The notes beneath the pieces are model-generated. The model made no database searches. It was not told the origin of the DNA and saw nothing but the letters and a program-made list of their open reading frames with translations. Both the position numbers and the translations under genes were made by a program. From Candidatus Omnitrophota bacterium (lineage in GTDB: Bacteria > Omnitrophota > Omnitrophia > Omnitrophales > Aquincolibacteriaceae): 62,236 nt of DNA. The DNA is taken from contig JAZDFE010000010.1 of NCBI GenBank assembly GCA_043808175.1, forward strand, positions 1 to 62,236, in the 5' to 3' direction. This document shows positions 18,822 through 27,213 of the stretch, one piece after another; position 1 is the first letter of the stretch, and each line of letters opens with the position of its first letter.

Positions 18822-19640
18822 TCAGGGTATCCTTTGCTTTAAAAAATCCGCCAAAAAGATAAGCTCCTTAGCTTCGGCGCCTAATAGCTTCGCTTCTTTT
18901 GCCGCCCGGCCGATAAGACCGAGTGCTTTTTGGGTGGCCGCCCTGACGCTCATCACCTTGCAATAACCGTCTTTGTCCAGGATATCATCTACGATCTGGA
19001 ACGCAAGCCCCAAGCATTCCCCGTAACGGATGATCATTTTAAGTTTGCGCGCAGAAACGCCCGCAGCGATCGCTCCGGCCATCGCACTGACGCGGATAAG
19101 AGCGCCCGTCTTAAAGCGGCTGATGAAATTGTGCTCCGCAAGCGTCTTTTTTCGCGCCGGAGCTTCCAGATCCGCGACCTGTCCTCCGATCATCCCTTGT
19201 GTCCCGGCGGCCTTCGATATTTCGCGCAGAATATGGACCGCCCGGTGCGCGGGCTTGATCTCTGCGATCCATTCGAACGCTAGAGTCAGGAACGCATCTC
19301 CCGCCAGGATCGCGCTTGCCTCGCCGAATTTCTTGTGACAGGTAGGTTTTCCGCGCCGGGTATCGTCATTGTCCAACGCCGGAAGATCGTCATGCACGAG
19401 TGAATAAGTATGGATCAGCTCGATCGCCAGAGCCGCCCCCATAGCGTCCTGGGGCTTTCCTCCGCACGCCTTACAAGCACACAGCGCCAGCACCGGCCGG
19501 AATCTTTTCCCGCCCGTAAAGATCGCATACTGCATGGCCTTGTGAATGCTGAGCGGACGGGTTTCCCTAGCGCGCAGCAGGCCTTTCAGCTTATGTTCAA
19601 TCATCTCCAGATAGCGTTTGAAATATTGTTCATAGGTCAT
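18822..19640 (-). CDS. ispA: (2E,6E)-farnesyl diphosphate synthase / polyprenyl synthetase
   Basis: Track ORF runs to 19712. The ATG at 19640 (MTYEQYFKRY) removes the overlap with xseB. DDxxD motifs are present: LVHDDLPALDNDDTRRG and FQIVDDILD. The xseB-ispA-dxs order matches E. coli. Confidence 0.88.
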   Translation of the reverse strand: MTYEQYFKRYLEMIEHKLKGLLRARETRPLSIHKAMQYAIFTGGKRFRPVLALCACKACGGKPQDAMGAALAIELIHTYSLVHDDLPALDNDDTRRGKPTCHKKFGEASAILAGDAFLTLAFEWIAEIKPAHRAVHILREISKAAGTQGMIGGQVADLEAPARKKTLAEHNFISRFKTGALIRVSAMAGAIAAGVSARKLKMIIRYGECLGLAFQIVDDILDKDGYCKVMSVRAATQKALGLIGRAAKEAKLLGAEAKELIFLADFLKQRIP

Positions 19641-19650
19641 AAGCACTTCG

Positions 19651-19926
19651 CTAAGCCTCTTCGTTGGAAACTTTTTTCTTTTTCGATCTCGGAGCCGGTT
19701 CGTCGGGATCAAACGCTTCTTTTTTGAGCGACCCGTCCAGGGACCTGGTCAGGACCTCGATCTTCTTTTCTGTTTCGGTGAGCTTGGACTGGCAGGCCCG
19801 CACCAACCCGACGCCCTCTTCGTATTTCTTGAGCGCCTGGTCAAGCGTCAGCTCCCCGCTTTCCATCGCTTCCACGATCTTTTCAAGGTCTTCTAGCGTT
19901 TTTTCAAATTGAAATTTTTCATTCAT
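19651..19926 (-). CDS. xseB: Exodeoxyribonuclease VII small subunit
   Basis: 91 aa. Contains FEKTLEDLEKIVEAMESGELTLDQALKKYEEGVGLVRACQSKL. Confidence 0.88.
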   Translation of the reverse strand: MNEKFQFEKTLEDLEKIVEAMESGELTLDQALKKYEEGVGLVRACQSKLTETEKKIEVLTRSLDGSLKKEAFDPDEPAPRSKKKKVSNEEA

Positions 19927-19938
19927 GGAATATCCCCC

Positions 19939-21177
19939 CTATTGGGTTATAGCAGAAACTTTCGAGACTAAAGAGCCTTTATGAAGCCGGGTTTGTATCA
20001 CATCTCCTTTCGAAATCTGCCGGACATTTTTGAGAATATCGCCTTTTTCATTAAAACTCACGGAATAACCGCGCTCGAGGATCGCGAGAGGATTGAGCGC
20101 ATTCAACCGGCCCATGATACCTTGAAAAATCTGGCTCTTAGAACTCACAAGGGTCGTCACGCGGCTTTCCATCCGCCGGCCCAGATCATCCATCCTTCCG
20201 GTGAACTGGTCCAAAAGATAGCGCGGCTGTCGGAACGCCGCGCTTGAAGCGAGGCCCGAAAACTGCTCCCGGTACCGTTCGCAGATCCCGTTCATCGCAA
20301 GATCCAGTCTTTCTTTATGCCCGCGCAAATGTTCTTCCAGTTCGAGACGGCTTGAGACGACAAGTTCCGCGGCGGCCGAAGGCGTCGGGGCCCGGAGATC
20401 GGCCACAAGATCACAGATCGTCCAATCACTCTCATGTCCTACCGCAGAAATAACAGGGATCCGCGACCCAAAAACTGCGCGGGCGACAGGCTCCTCGTTA
20501 AAAGCCCAAAGATCTTCGAGACTTCCGCCGCCCCGTCCCACGATCAGGACATCGGCCTCTGCCCGCTCGTTCATCGTCCCAACGGCAGCCGCGATCTCCA
20601 CGGCCGCGCCTTCTCCTTGCACTTTAACGGGGTAGAGCAGAACATGGGTCCCGCAAAACCGGCGGTTCATCACGTTCAAAATATCATGGATCGCGGCCCC
20701 GGCCGGCGAGGTGATCACACCCACGGTCTTCGGAAACTTCGGGATGGGCCGCTTCCGCTCCTCGGCAAACAGACCTTCTTTGGCTAATTTCTCTTTCAAT
20801 TGCTGGAACGCGAGTTGAAACGCCCCAACGCCCTGCGGCTCCACACGTTCGATATAGAGCTGGTACTGCCCGCGCGCTTCGTAAATGGAAACACGACAGA
20901 ACGCAAGGACCTTGAGTCCATCCTTGAGCTCGAATCGGAGTCCGCGCTGATATTGGCTGAAGAAGGCCGCCTGGATCTGTGCCGATTCGTCTTTGAGCGT
21001 CAGATAGATATGCCCGGAGCTATGATGCTTGAAGTTCGAGATCTCCCCTTCCACCCAGACCGCGGAGATCCGGGATTCCAGAAGCAAGCGGCTCTGCCGA
21101 TTCAGCTGGCTAACCGTGAAGATCTTGCGACCGTCCTTCAACGAGCTAAACGGAACTGTTTCTTCTTGTTGCGCCAT
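19939..21177 (-). CDS. xseA: Exodeoxyribonuclease VII large subunit
   Basis: 412 aa. Contains VWVEGEISNFKHHSSGHIYLTLKD, GVITSPAGAAIHDIL and RGGGSLEDLWAFNEE. Confidence 0.92.
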   Translation of the reverse strand: MAQQEETVPFSSLKDGRKIFTVSQLNRQSRLLLESRISAVWVEGEISNFKHHSSGHIYLTLKDESAQIQAAFFSQYQRGLRFELKDGLKVLAFCRVSIYEARGQYQLYIERVEPQGVGAFQLAFQQLKEKLAKEGLFAEERKRPIPKFPKTVGVITSPAGAAIHDILNVMNRRFCGTHVLLYPVKVQGEGAAVEIAAAVGTMNERAEADVLIVGRGGGSLEDLWAFNEEPVARAVFGSRIPVISAVGHESDWTICDLVADLRAPTPSAAAELVVSSRLELEEHLRGHKERLDLAMNGICERYREQFSGLASSAAFRQPRYLLDQFTGRMDDLGRRMESRVTTLVSSKSQIFQGIMGRLNALNPLAILERGYSVSFNEKGDILKNVRQISKGDVIQTRLHKGSLVSKVSAITQ

Positions 21178-21270
21178 TTTTGTCCCTTCGGAATATCACC
21201 AAGACACATGACACCCTGTCACCAAGCAATCAAACCCAGTGGCCGGTGGCCTGGTGACTTTGCGATTTAC

Positions 21271-21813
21271 TCAGTCGGTTATGACTCGATCCACTTTCAT
21301 ATCGTGCGCCTTCATCGGAACTTTTTTCACGATCTGTGCCCGGAAGCACAACCCGACTTTGACGACTTTTTGGGCCTTCCGGAGAAGCCGATCATAGTAA
21401 CCACCGCCCCGTCCCAGACGCCCGCCTCTTTTGTCAAAAGCCACGCCCGGGACAATGATGATATCCATTTGACTGGCCGGCCGTTCCTCACAAAATGCCC
21501 TGGGTTCCCTGATGTTGTAAGCGCCCTTTTTCAGGTCTCTGGAAAGCGAACGGACCCGGCACAATACCAGGGATTTTTTCGGATCGATCCTCGGAAGATA
21601 GATCTTTTTATCCTTCAAAACCTTTTCCAGGAAAGACCTCGTCTCAACCTCGGGCGCGATGCCATAATAAAACACGACATGCTCGGCTCTTCGGAAAATA
21701 GGCTCCCGGGATAATGTCCTGAGGATGCGACGACTTTTCACGCGCCGCGAGAGAAGCGGAATATTTCCCCTTTTTTCAAGGAGCGCCTTTCTAAGAGAAC
21801 TTTTTTCCGACAT
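21271..21813 (-). CDS. 5-formyltetrahydrofolate cyclo-ligase
   Basis: 180 aa. Contains IIIVPGVAFDKRGGRLGRGGGYYDR. Confidence 0.85.
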   Translation of the reverse strand: MSEKSSLRKALLEKRGNIPLLSRRVKSRRILRTLSREPIFRRAEHVVFYYGIAPEVETRSFLEKVLKDKKIYLPRIDPKKSLVLCRVRSLSRDLKKGAYNIREPRAFCEERPASQMDIIIVPGVAFDKRGGRLGRGGGYYDRLLRKAQKVVKVGLCFRAQIVKKVPMKAHDMKVDRVITD

Positions 21814-21816
21814 GGA

Positions 21817-22281
21817 TCAGGGAACCTGGCGGGCTGCCGTCTTTTTTTCCTGTTCGAAACGGGCTCGTTCCGCTTCGAGCTTCCCGGCTTTTTCATCAAG
21901 AGAGGCTTGAAGCTGGCGCAGCTTTTCTTTTTGGCGATTCATTTCCACGGAGAACTTTTGGCGTTCGGCCTGAAAAGCCTTTTTTTGAGCCTCAAGTCCC
22001 GGGCTGTCGTCTAAGGCGGCCGGACCTTTGAGAGCCTTCATTTTGGAGAAAATTTCTTCTTTGAGCTTTTCCAGTTGATCCTGCTTTTCACGGATCATCT
22101 GGACCTGCTGTTCGCGAACCGCTTCCCATTCCGTTTTCAGCTTTTCAAGCTCGGATTTCGGGGCTGGCTCTCCGGTTTTCTCCGAAGTCTTTGCTGTGAC
22201 CTGGGCGGTCGCAATTCCTACCGGAAATAAAACAAGAACGGCTAAGATCCAAAAAAAAGCGGCCTTTGTAAATTTTCGCAT
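21817..22281 (-). CDS. Secreted coiled-coil protein, function unknown
   Basis: 154 aa. It has a signal peptide (FFWILAVLVLFPVGIATAQV) followed by E/K/Q-rich heptad-like sequence. Confidence 0.6.
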   Translation of the reverse strand: MRKFTKAAFFWILAVLVLFPVGIATAQVTAKTSEKTGEPAPKSELEKLKTEWEAVREQQVQMIREKQDQLEKLKEEIFSKMKALKGPAALDDSPGLEAQKKAFQAERQKFSVEMNRQKEKLRQLQASLDEKAGKLEAERARFEQEKKTAARQVP

Positions 22282-22307
22282 TTTCCCTTCTGCCTTCCTG
22301 CGCCTCT

Positions 22308-22316
22308 TGCTATAAT
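22308..22316 (+). promoter_or_regulatory. Extended -10 promoter element TGCTATAAT upstream of a hairpin-rich leader and tRNA-Arg
   Basis: TG at 22308-22309 and TATAAT at 22311-22316. The -35 is weak (TTCTGC at 22288-22293). It is the only plus-oriented unit in a minus-strand neighbourhood. Confidence 0.4.
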
Positions 22317-22460
22317 GCCAGCCCGTAACGGGTCTTATGCCCCCATAGTTTCTGCCTCGCCCATGGCGAGGACGGATCCGTCCTCCGGATTAACCGGAGG
22401 CGGACAATTGGGATAATTTAATTTCTCTTTTATCATGTTATGATTTCACTGATGTTTCGT

Positions 22461-22534
22461 GCCCCCATAGCTCAATTGGATAGAGCATCTCCTTCCTAAG
22501 GAGAGGGTTGCATGTTCGATTCATGCTGGGGGCA
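22461..22534 (+). tRNA. tRNA-Arg (anticodon CCT)
   Basis: Sequence is GCCCCCATAGCTCAATTGGATAGAGCATCTCCTTCCTAAGGAGAGGGTTGCATGTTCGATTCATGCTGGGGGCA. The acceptor pairs GCCCCCA/TGGGGGC. The anticodon loop is TTCCTAA. Confidence 0.9.
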
Positions 22535-22538
22535 TTTT

Positions 22539-23060
22539 TTAATATTTTATCAGTGAAAATATATCGTGATTTTTCAGTTTTTCCCGCCCCTTCAAAAACC
22601 CCAATTCGATCACGAACGCAAGCTTTGCCACTTTGCCGCCGATGGCTTCCACGAGTTTTGCAGCCGCCGCAGCCGTCCCCCCCGTCGCCAAGAGGTCGTC
22701 CACGATGACAACCTTCTCCCCACGCGTCACTGCGTCCTGATGGATCTCAAGGATCTCTTCACCGTATTCCAGTGTGCAAGCGATACTCTGGGTCTTCCAG
22801 GGAAGTTTTCCTTTCTTGCGAATGGGCACAAAACCTACCCCGAGCTTTGTCGCAAGCGCCGTCCCAAAGATAAACCCACGCGATTCGATCCCCACGACCA
22901 CGCCGATCTTTTCCCCTTTCAGAGATTTCGCCAACCGGGCAATAACCTCCCGGAGTGATTTCGCGTCCTTCAGAAGCGGTGTGATGTCCCGGAAAAGGAT
23001 CCCTTTTTGGGGGAAATCAGGAATGCTGCGAACTTTGGCTTTCAGTGTTTTCAGGTCCAT
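22539..23060 (-). CDS. apt: Adenine phosphoribosyltransferase
   Basis: 173 aa. Contains IPDFPQKGILFRDITPLL, and VVIVDDLLATGGTA is the PRPP motif. Confidence 0.92.
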   Translation of the reverse strand: MDLKTLKAKVRSIPDFPQKGILFRDITPLLKDAKSLREVIARLAKSLKGEKIGVVVGIESRGFIFGTALATKLGVGFVPIRKKGKLPWKTQSIACTLEYGEEILEIHQDAVTRGEKVVIVDDLLATGGTAAAAAKLVEAIGGKVAKLAFVIELGFLKGREKLKNHDIFSLIKY

Positions 23061-23108
23061 AAAAACTCCTTTTGAAATAGTTGAACGGCGCTAAGAAAAG
23101 CAGAATGC

Positions 23109-24278
23109 CTAGTGAGGAAGATAATTCTCGAACTGGTCCCCTTCCAAAGCAAGCTGAGCGCGGATCTTTTTAAGCACTGTGCCCTCGATCTGTCGGATAC
23201 GCTCCCGCGTGACATTGAAATGTTGAGCGACCTCCGCCAACGTATGCGGGTCATGATGGACCAGCCCGAACCGGCGCTCCAGGACCTCGCGCTCCCGATC
23301 CTCCAGGACCCCCAACAGTTTGCGAACCCGTTCACTTTTAAGCATTTCCCCGACCTGCGAGTCCGGATTGCGCTCTTTGTCATCTTCGAGCATATCGATC
23401 AATTCGGCCTTGCCATCGAGGCTAAGCGGCGCATTGAGCGAACTCGGACGATTCACAATGCTTTCGATCTTTTTGACTTTTGAGGTCGGGATCTCAAGGA
23501 CTTTTGCGATTTCACGCCTCGTCGGCGCCCGGCTGAGACGCTGCGTTAAAGCATCCCGGATCCGTCGCCACTTGGAAATGATGTCATACATATAAACCGG
23601 GATACGGATCGTCTTCCCATGATTGGAAAGAGAACGCATCATGCCCTGTTTGATCCACCAAGAAGCATACGTGGAAAAACGGTAGCCTCTTTTCGGATCG
23701 AATTTTTCCACCGCGCGCATGAGACCGATGTTGCCTTCTTCCACAAGATCCGAGAAAGCGAGCCCCATGTGGGCATAACGTTTCGCAAGTGCGATCACCA
23801 AACGAAGATTCGAGCGGATCATCCGCTGCCGCGCCTCTTCGCCCCGCGCGCCACCCGCCTGGACTTTTTGTCCCAAGGAGATCTCTTCTTCAGGGGTCAG
23901 AAGCGGGATATGCTCGATCTGGTCGAGATAAATCCTCATCGCCGTACGGTCAAGAGTTTGATCTGCCGCGTCATCCGCATGAACATCCGGCTCTTCGTCT
24001 TCACGTTCACGTTTTCGACGATCAAGAACCCCATCCACCTTAAGGATATTCTCCGCCCCTTTCTGAAGCTCTTTTTCACGGCGCAGGAGCGCCTCTGTGT
24101 CTTCGTGGGAAGTGAGGGATTTTTTCGGAGAACGTTTCTTGGGTCTCGAGGGTTTACGGGAGTGAGAAACAGGCCGGGAACGCTTGAGGCGTTCCCGGCC
24201 GGCTTTCTTCTTGAAGTGTTTCGGCTTCGTCCTGCGACCGGAACGAGCCTTCTTTCTCTTCTGTTTTTTACCTGCCAT
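23109..24278 (-). CDS. rpoD: Primary-type sigma-70 factor with a lysine/arginine-rich N-terminal extension
   Basis: 389 aa. Region 2 is NLRLVIALAKRY..., GNIGLMRAVEKFDPKRGYRFSTYASWWIKQ. Region 4 is REREVLERRFGL...TLAEVAQHFNVTRERIRQIE. The first roughly 60 aa are almost entirely K/R/S/P. Confidence 0.88.
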   Translation of the reverse strand: MAGKKQKRKKARSGRRTKPKHFKKKAGRERLKRSRPVSHSRKPSRPKKRSPKKSLTSHEDTEALLRREKELQKGAENILKVDGVLDRRKREREDEEPDVHADDAADQTLDRTAMRIYLDQIEHIPLLTPEEEISLGQKVQAGGARGEEARQRMIRSNLRLVIALAKRYAHMGLAFSDLVEEGNIGLMRAVEKFDPKRGYRFSTYASWWIKQGMMRSLSNHGKTIRIPVYMYDIISKWRRIRDALTQRLSRAPTRREIAKVLEIPTSKVKKIESIVNRPSSLNAPLSLDGKAELIDMLEDDKERNPDSQVGEMLKSERVRKLLGVLEDREREVLERRFGLVHHDPHTLAEVAQHFNVTRERIRQIEGTVLKKIRAQLALEGDQFENYLPH

Positions 24279-24290
24279 AAGATCAAGGTT

Positions 24291-24319
24291 CCCGGGCTCC
24301 GCCGACGGCGGAGCCCGGG
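24291..24319. other. Perfect 13-bp GC hairpin between ppdK and rpoD
   Basis: Sequence is CCCGGGCTCCGCC-GAC-GGCGGAGCCCGGG. It lies 12 nt upstream of the rpoD ATG (24278) and 24 nt downstream of the ppdK stop. No U-tract on either strand. Confidence 0.5.
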
Positions 24320-24343
24320 AAAAGCTCCTAAAAGAACGCCGGC

Positions 24344-27022
24344 TTATTTCTTCTGACGCAATACTGCTTGAGCTGCCGCGAGCCTTGCGATCGGAACACG
24401 ATAGGGCGAGCAGCTGACATAATTCATCCCCACCTTGTTACAGAAAGCGATCGAACTCGGATCGCCGCCATGTTCGCCGCAAATGCCGATCTTCAAATCC
24501 TTCTTTGTTTTACGGCCTTTTTCCACCGCAAGTTGAATCAAAGATCCGACGCCCTCCTCATCGATCGACTGGAACACGTCTTTCTCGTAGATGCCCTGAT
24601 CAAGATAGGCCCCCATAAAAGAGCCGGAATCGTCGCGCGAAAAACCGAGCGTCATCTGCGTAAGGTCGTTCGTGCCGAATGAAAAGAATTCGGCGATCTC
24701 CGCAATGCGGTCTGCCGTGAGAGCCGCTCGAGGCACCTCGATCATAGTTCCGATCATATATTCCACTTTGGTCCCTTTTTCCGCGAGAACCTTGTTGATG
24801 GTCTCGACGGAAAGATCCCTCAGGATCTCGAGTTCCTTCTTGGTCCCGACGAGCGGGATCATGATCTCGGGAACGATCTTCATGCCTTTTTTCTTCAGGT
24901 TGCAAGCCGCTTCGATAATAGCGCGGACCTGCATGGCATAAATCTCAGGGTACGTGATCCCGAGACGACAGCCCCGGTGGCCGAGCATCGGGTTGAATTC
25001 ATGAAGCGCTTCGACCTTCTGCTTAACGACTTCAATGGATACTTTCATGACGTCCGCCATTTCCTGCTGGTTGGCGGCTTCCTGAGGAAGGAATTCGTGA
25101 AGCGGCGGATCCAAAAGACGGATCGTCACGGGAAAACCCTTCATCGCCTCGAAGATCCTTTCAAAGTCCCCGCGCTGCATCGGCAGAAGTTTCGCCAGGG
25201 CCTTCTCACGACCGGCTTTGTCATCCGCGAGGATCATCTCACGGACCGCAATAATACGATCGCCTTCAAAGAACATGTGTTCCGTGCGGCAAAGTCCGAT
25301 GCCTTCGGCGCCAAAACGGCGGGCCACTTCGACGTCATGCGGGGTGTCTCCATTGGTGCGAACCTTAAGCTTACGGATCTCATCGGCCCACTTCATCAGG
25401 GTCGCAAAATTACCGGAAAGTTGGGATTCGATGGTGTTGAGTTTGCCGAGATAAACTTGCCCCAGACTGCCGTCGAGAGAAATAAAATCTCCTTCTTTCA
25501 CGACCGCTTTTCCGGCTATGAACTGACGACCCTTATAATCGATCTGGATATCACTGACGCCGGCCACGCAGCATTTCCCCATTCCGCGAGCTACGACGGC
25601 CGCGTGTGAGGTCATGCCACCGCGCGCTGTCAAAATACCTTTCGCGACATTCATACCGCCGATATCCTCCGGCGAGGTCTCGATACGGACCAGGATTACC
25701 GTTTCACCTTTTTTCGCCCAAGCTTCGGCATCTTCGGCTGTAAACACCACTTTACCGGTCGCGGCGCCCGGAGAAGCGGGCAATCCCTTAGCGATGACCT
25801 CCTTTTTCTGTTTCGGATCAAACGTCGGATGGAGCAGCTGGTCCAGCTGTTTGGGGTCCACCCTCAAGAGGGCCTGGCCCCGAGTCAGCACTTTCTCTTT
25901 GACAAGTTCGACTGCAACACGAACGGCCGCCGCAGCGGTCCGTTTGCCGTTCCGGGTCTGAAGGATATAGAGCTTCCCTTCCTGGATCGTAAATTCGATG
26001 TCCTGCATGTCTTTGTAATGTTTTTCAAGACGCAACCGCAGCGCATTAAGCTGTTTGTAAATCACCGGCCATTTCTGGGAAAGTACCTCGATCGGCTCCG
26101 GCGTGCGAATACCGGCCACAACATCTTCTCCTTGTGCATTGATCAAATATTCGCCATAGAATTTGTTCTCACCGGTCGAAGGATTGCGCGTGAAACAGAC
26201 ACCGGTGCCGGAAGTCTCTCCCATATTGCCGAACACCATGGCCTGGATGTTCACGGCGGTGCCAAGAAGACCGCGGATCTCATTGATCTGGCGGTACTTG
26301 ATCGCGCGAGGATTGTTCCAGGAATTGAAGACCGCATTCGCGGTTTTGACAAGTTGTTCGAAAGGATCCTGAGGAAATTCTTCTTTTGTATGGTCTAAGT
26401 AGATCTTCTTGTACTGGCGGACCACATCCTTCAGGTCATTGGCGTTGAGCTCGGTGTCGGATTTCGCGCCGACCTGCTGCTTTTTCTTTTCAAGCACATG
26501 CTCAAAATCATCATGCGGCACCTCCATCACGACGTCCCCGAACATTTGAATGAAACGGCGGTAGGAATCCCATGCGAAACGCTCGTTCTCTGTCTTGACG
26601 ATGAGCCCCTGCACCACCTCGGAGTTGAGCCCGAGATTGAGCACGGTGTCCATCATGCCCGGCATGGAAGCCGCGGCACCGGAGCGCACAGAAACGAGGA
26701 GCGGATTGTTCCGGTCCCCGAGCTTGAGGCCCATGGCTTTTTCGAGCTTGGCGACATTTTCGCGAACCTGTTCTTCAAGCCCCGCGGGCCATTTCTTGCC
26801 ATTTTTATTATAAAGATCGCATGTTTCGGTCGTGATCGTGAAACCGGCCGGAACGGGAATGCCGATATTCGTCATTTCGGCGAGGTTCGCGCCCTTACCG
26901 CCTAGCAGATCCTTCATCTTGGCGTCCCCTTCAGCTTTGCCATTGCCAAAGAAATAAACGTATTTTGAACACTTAGATTTAGATTTGGATTTCGAGGATT
27001 TCTTGCACGTTGCGGTACTCAT
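24344..27022 (-). CDS. ppdK: Pyruvate, phosphate dikinase
   Basis: 892 aa. Contains LLGGKGANLAEM, the catalytic His region GGMTSHAAVVARGMG, and GLCRTEHMF. Confidence 0.95.
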   Translation of the reverse strand: MSTATCKKSSKSKSKSKCSKYVYFFGNGKAEGDAKMKDLLGGKGANLAEMTNIGIPVPAGFTITTETCDLYNKNGKKWPAGLEEQVRENVAKLEKAMGLKLGDRNNPLLVSVRSGAAASMPGMMDTVLNLGLNSEVVQGLIVKTENERFAWDSYRRFIQMFGDVVMEVPHDDFEHVLEKKKQQVGAKSDTELNANDLKDVVRQYKKIYLDHTKEEFPQDPFEQLVKTANAVFNSWNNPRAIKYRQINEIRGLLGTAVNIQAMVFGNMGETSGTGVCFTRNPSTGENKFYGEYLINAQGEDVVAGIRTPEPIEVLSQKWPVIYKQLNALRLRLEKHYKDMQDIEFTIQEGKLYILQTRNGKRTAAAAVRVAVELVKEKVLTRGQALLRVDPKQLDQLLHPTFDPKQKKEVIAKGLPASPGAATGKVVFTAEDAEAWAKKGETVILVRIETSPEDIGGMNVAKGILTARGGMTSHAAVVARGMGKCCVAGVSDIQIDYKGRQFIAGKAVVKEGDFISLDGSLGQVYLGKLNTIESQLSGNFATLMKWADEIRKLKVRTNGDTPHDVEVARRFGAEGIGLCRTEHMFFEGDRIIAVREMILADDKAGREKALAKLLPMQRGDFERIFEAMKGFPVTIRLLDPPLHEFLPQEAANQQEMADVMKVSIEVVKQKVEALHEFNPMLGHRGCRLGITYPEIYAMQVRAIIEAACNLKKKGMKIVPEIMIPLVGTKKELEILRDLSVETINKVLAEKGTKVEYMIGTMIEVPRAALTADRIAEIAEFFSFGTNDLTQMTLGFSRDDSGSFMGAYLDQGIYEKDVFQSIDEEGVGSLIQLAVEKGRKTKKDLKIGICGEHGGDPSSIAFCNKVGMNYVSCSPYRVPIARLAAAQAVLRQKK

Positions 27023-27112
27023 GATTGCTCCTTTTCACTTCTTGTTGATTTGATGGATTACGCCTAAAAAACTGCCCTCCGAAGGACCTTCAGGGGTCTT
27101 AAAAGAGGTTTG

Positions 27113-27197
27113 GTCCCAATACATATCGATTTCAACGAAGTTGAAATTGGGGCCATCCTTGTCAACATCCTGGAAATGATGCTTCAGACAAGGATGG
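27113..27197 (+). repeat. REPIN/MITE-like double-hairpin unit (single copy)
   Basis: Core is GTCCCAATACATATCGATTTCAACGAAGTTGAAATTGGGGC (27113-27153). Hairpin 2 is CCATCCTTGTC...GACAAGGATGG (to 27197). It lies in the glyS-ppdK intergenic region. Confidence 0.75.
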
Positions 27198-27213
27198 AAG
27201 AGCGCGGATTATA

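Noticed and set aside
22338-22534. Integrated element at tRNA-Arg, suggested by the 11-nt duplication
   Set aside because: No integrase, excisionase or phage/ICE gene lies within several kb. In addition, the duplication involves the 5' end rather than the usual 3' end of the tRNA. It is retained only as a minor note in the leader finding.
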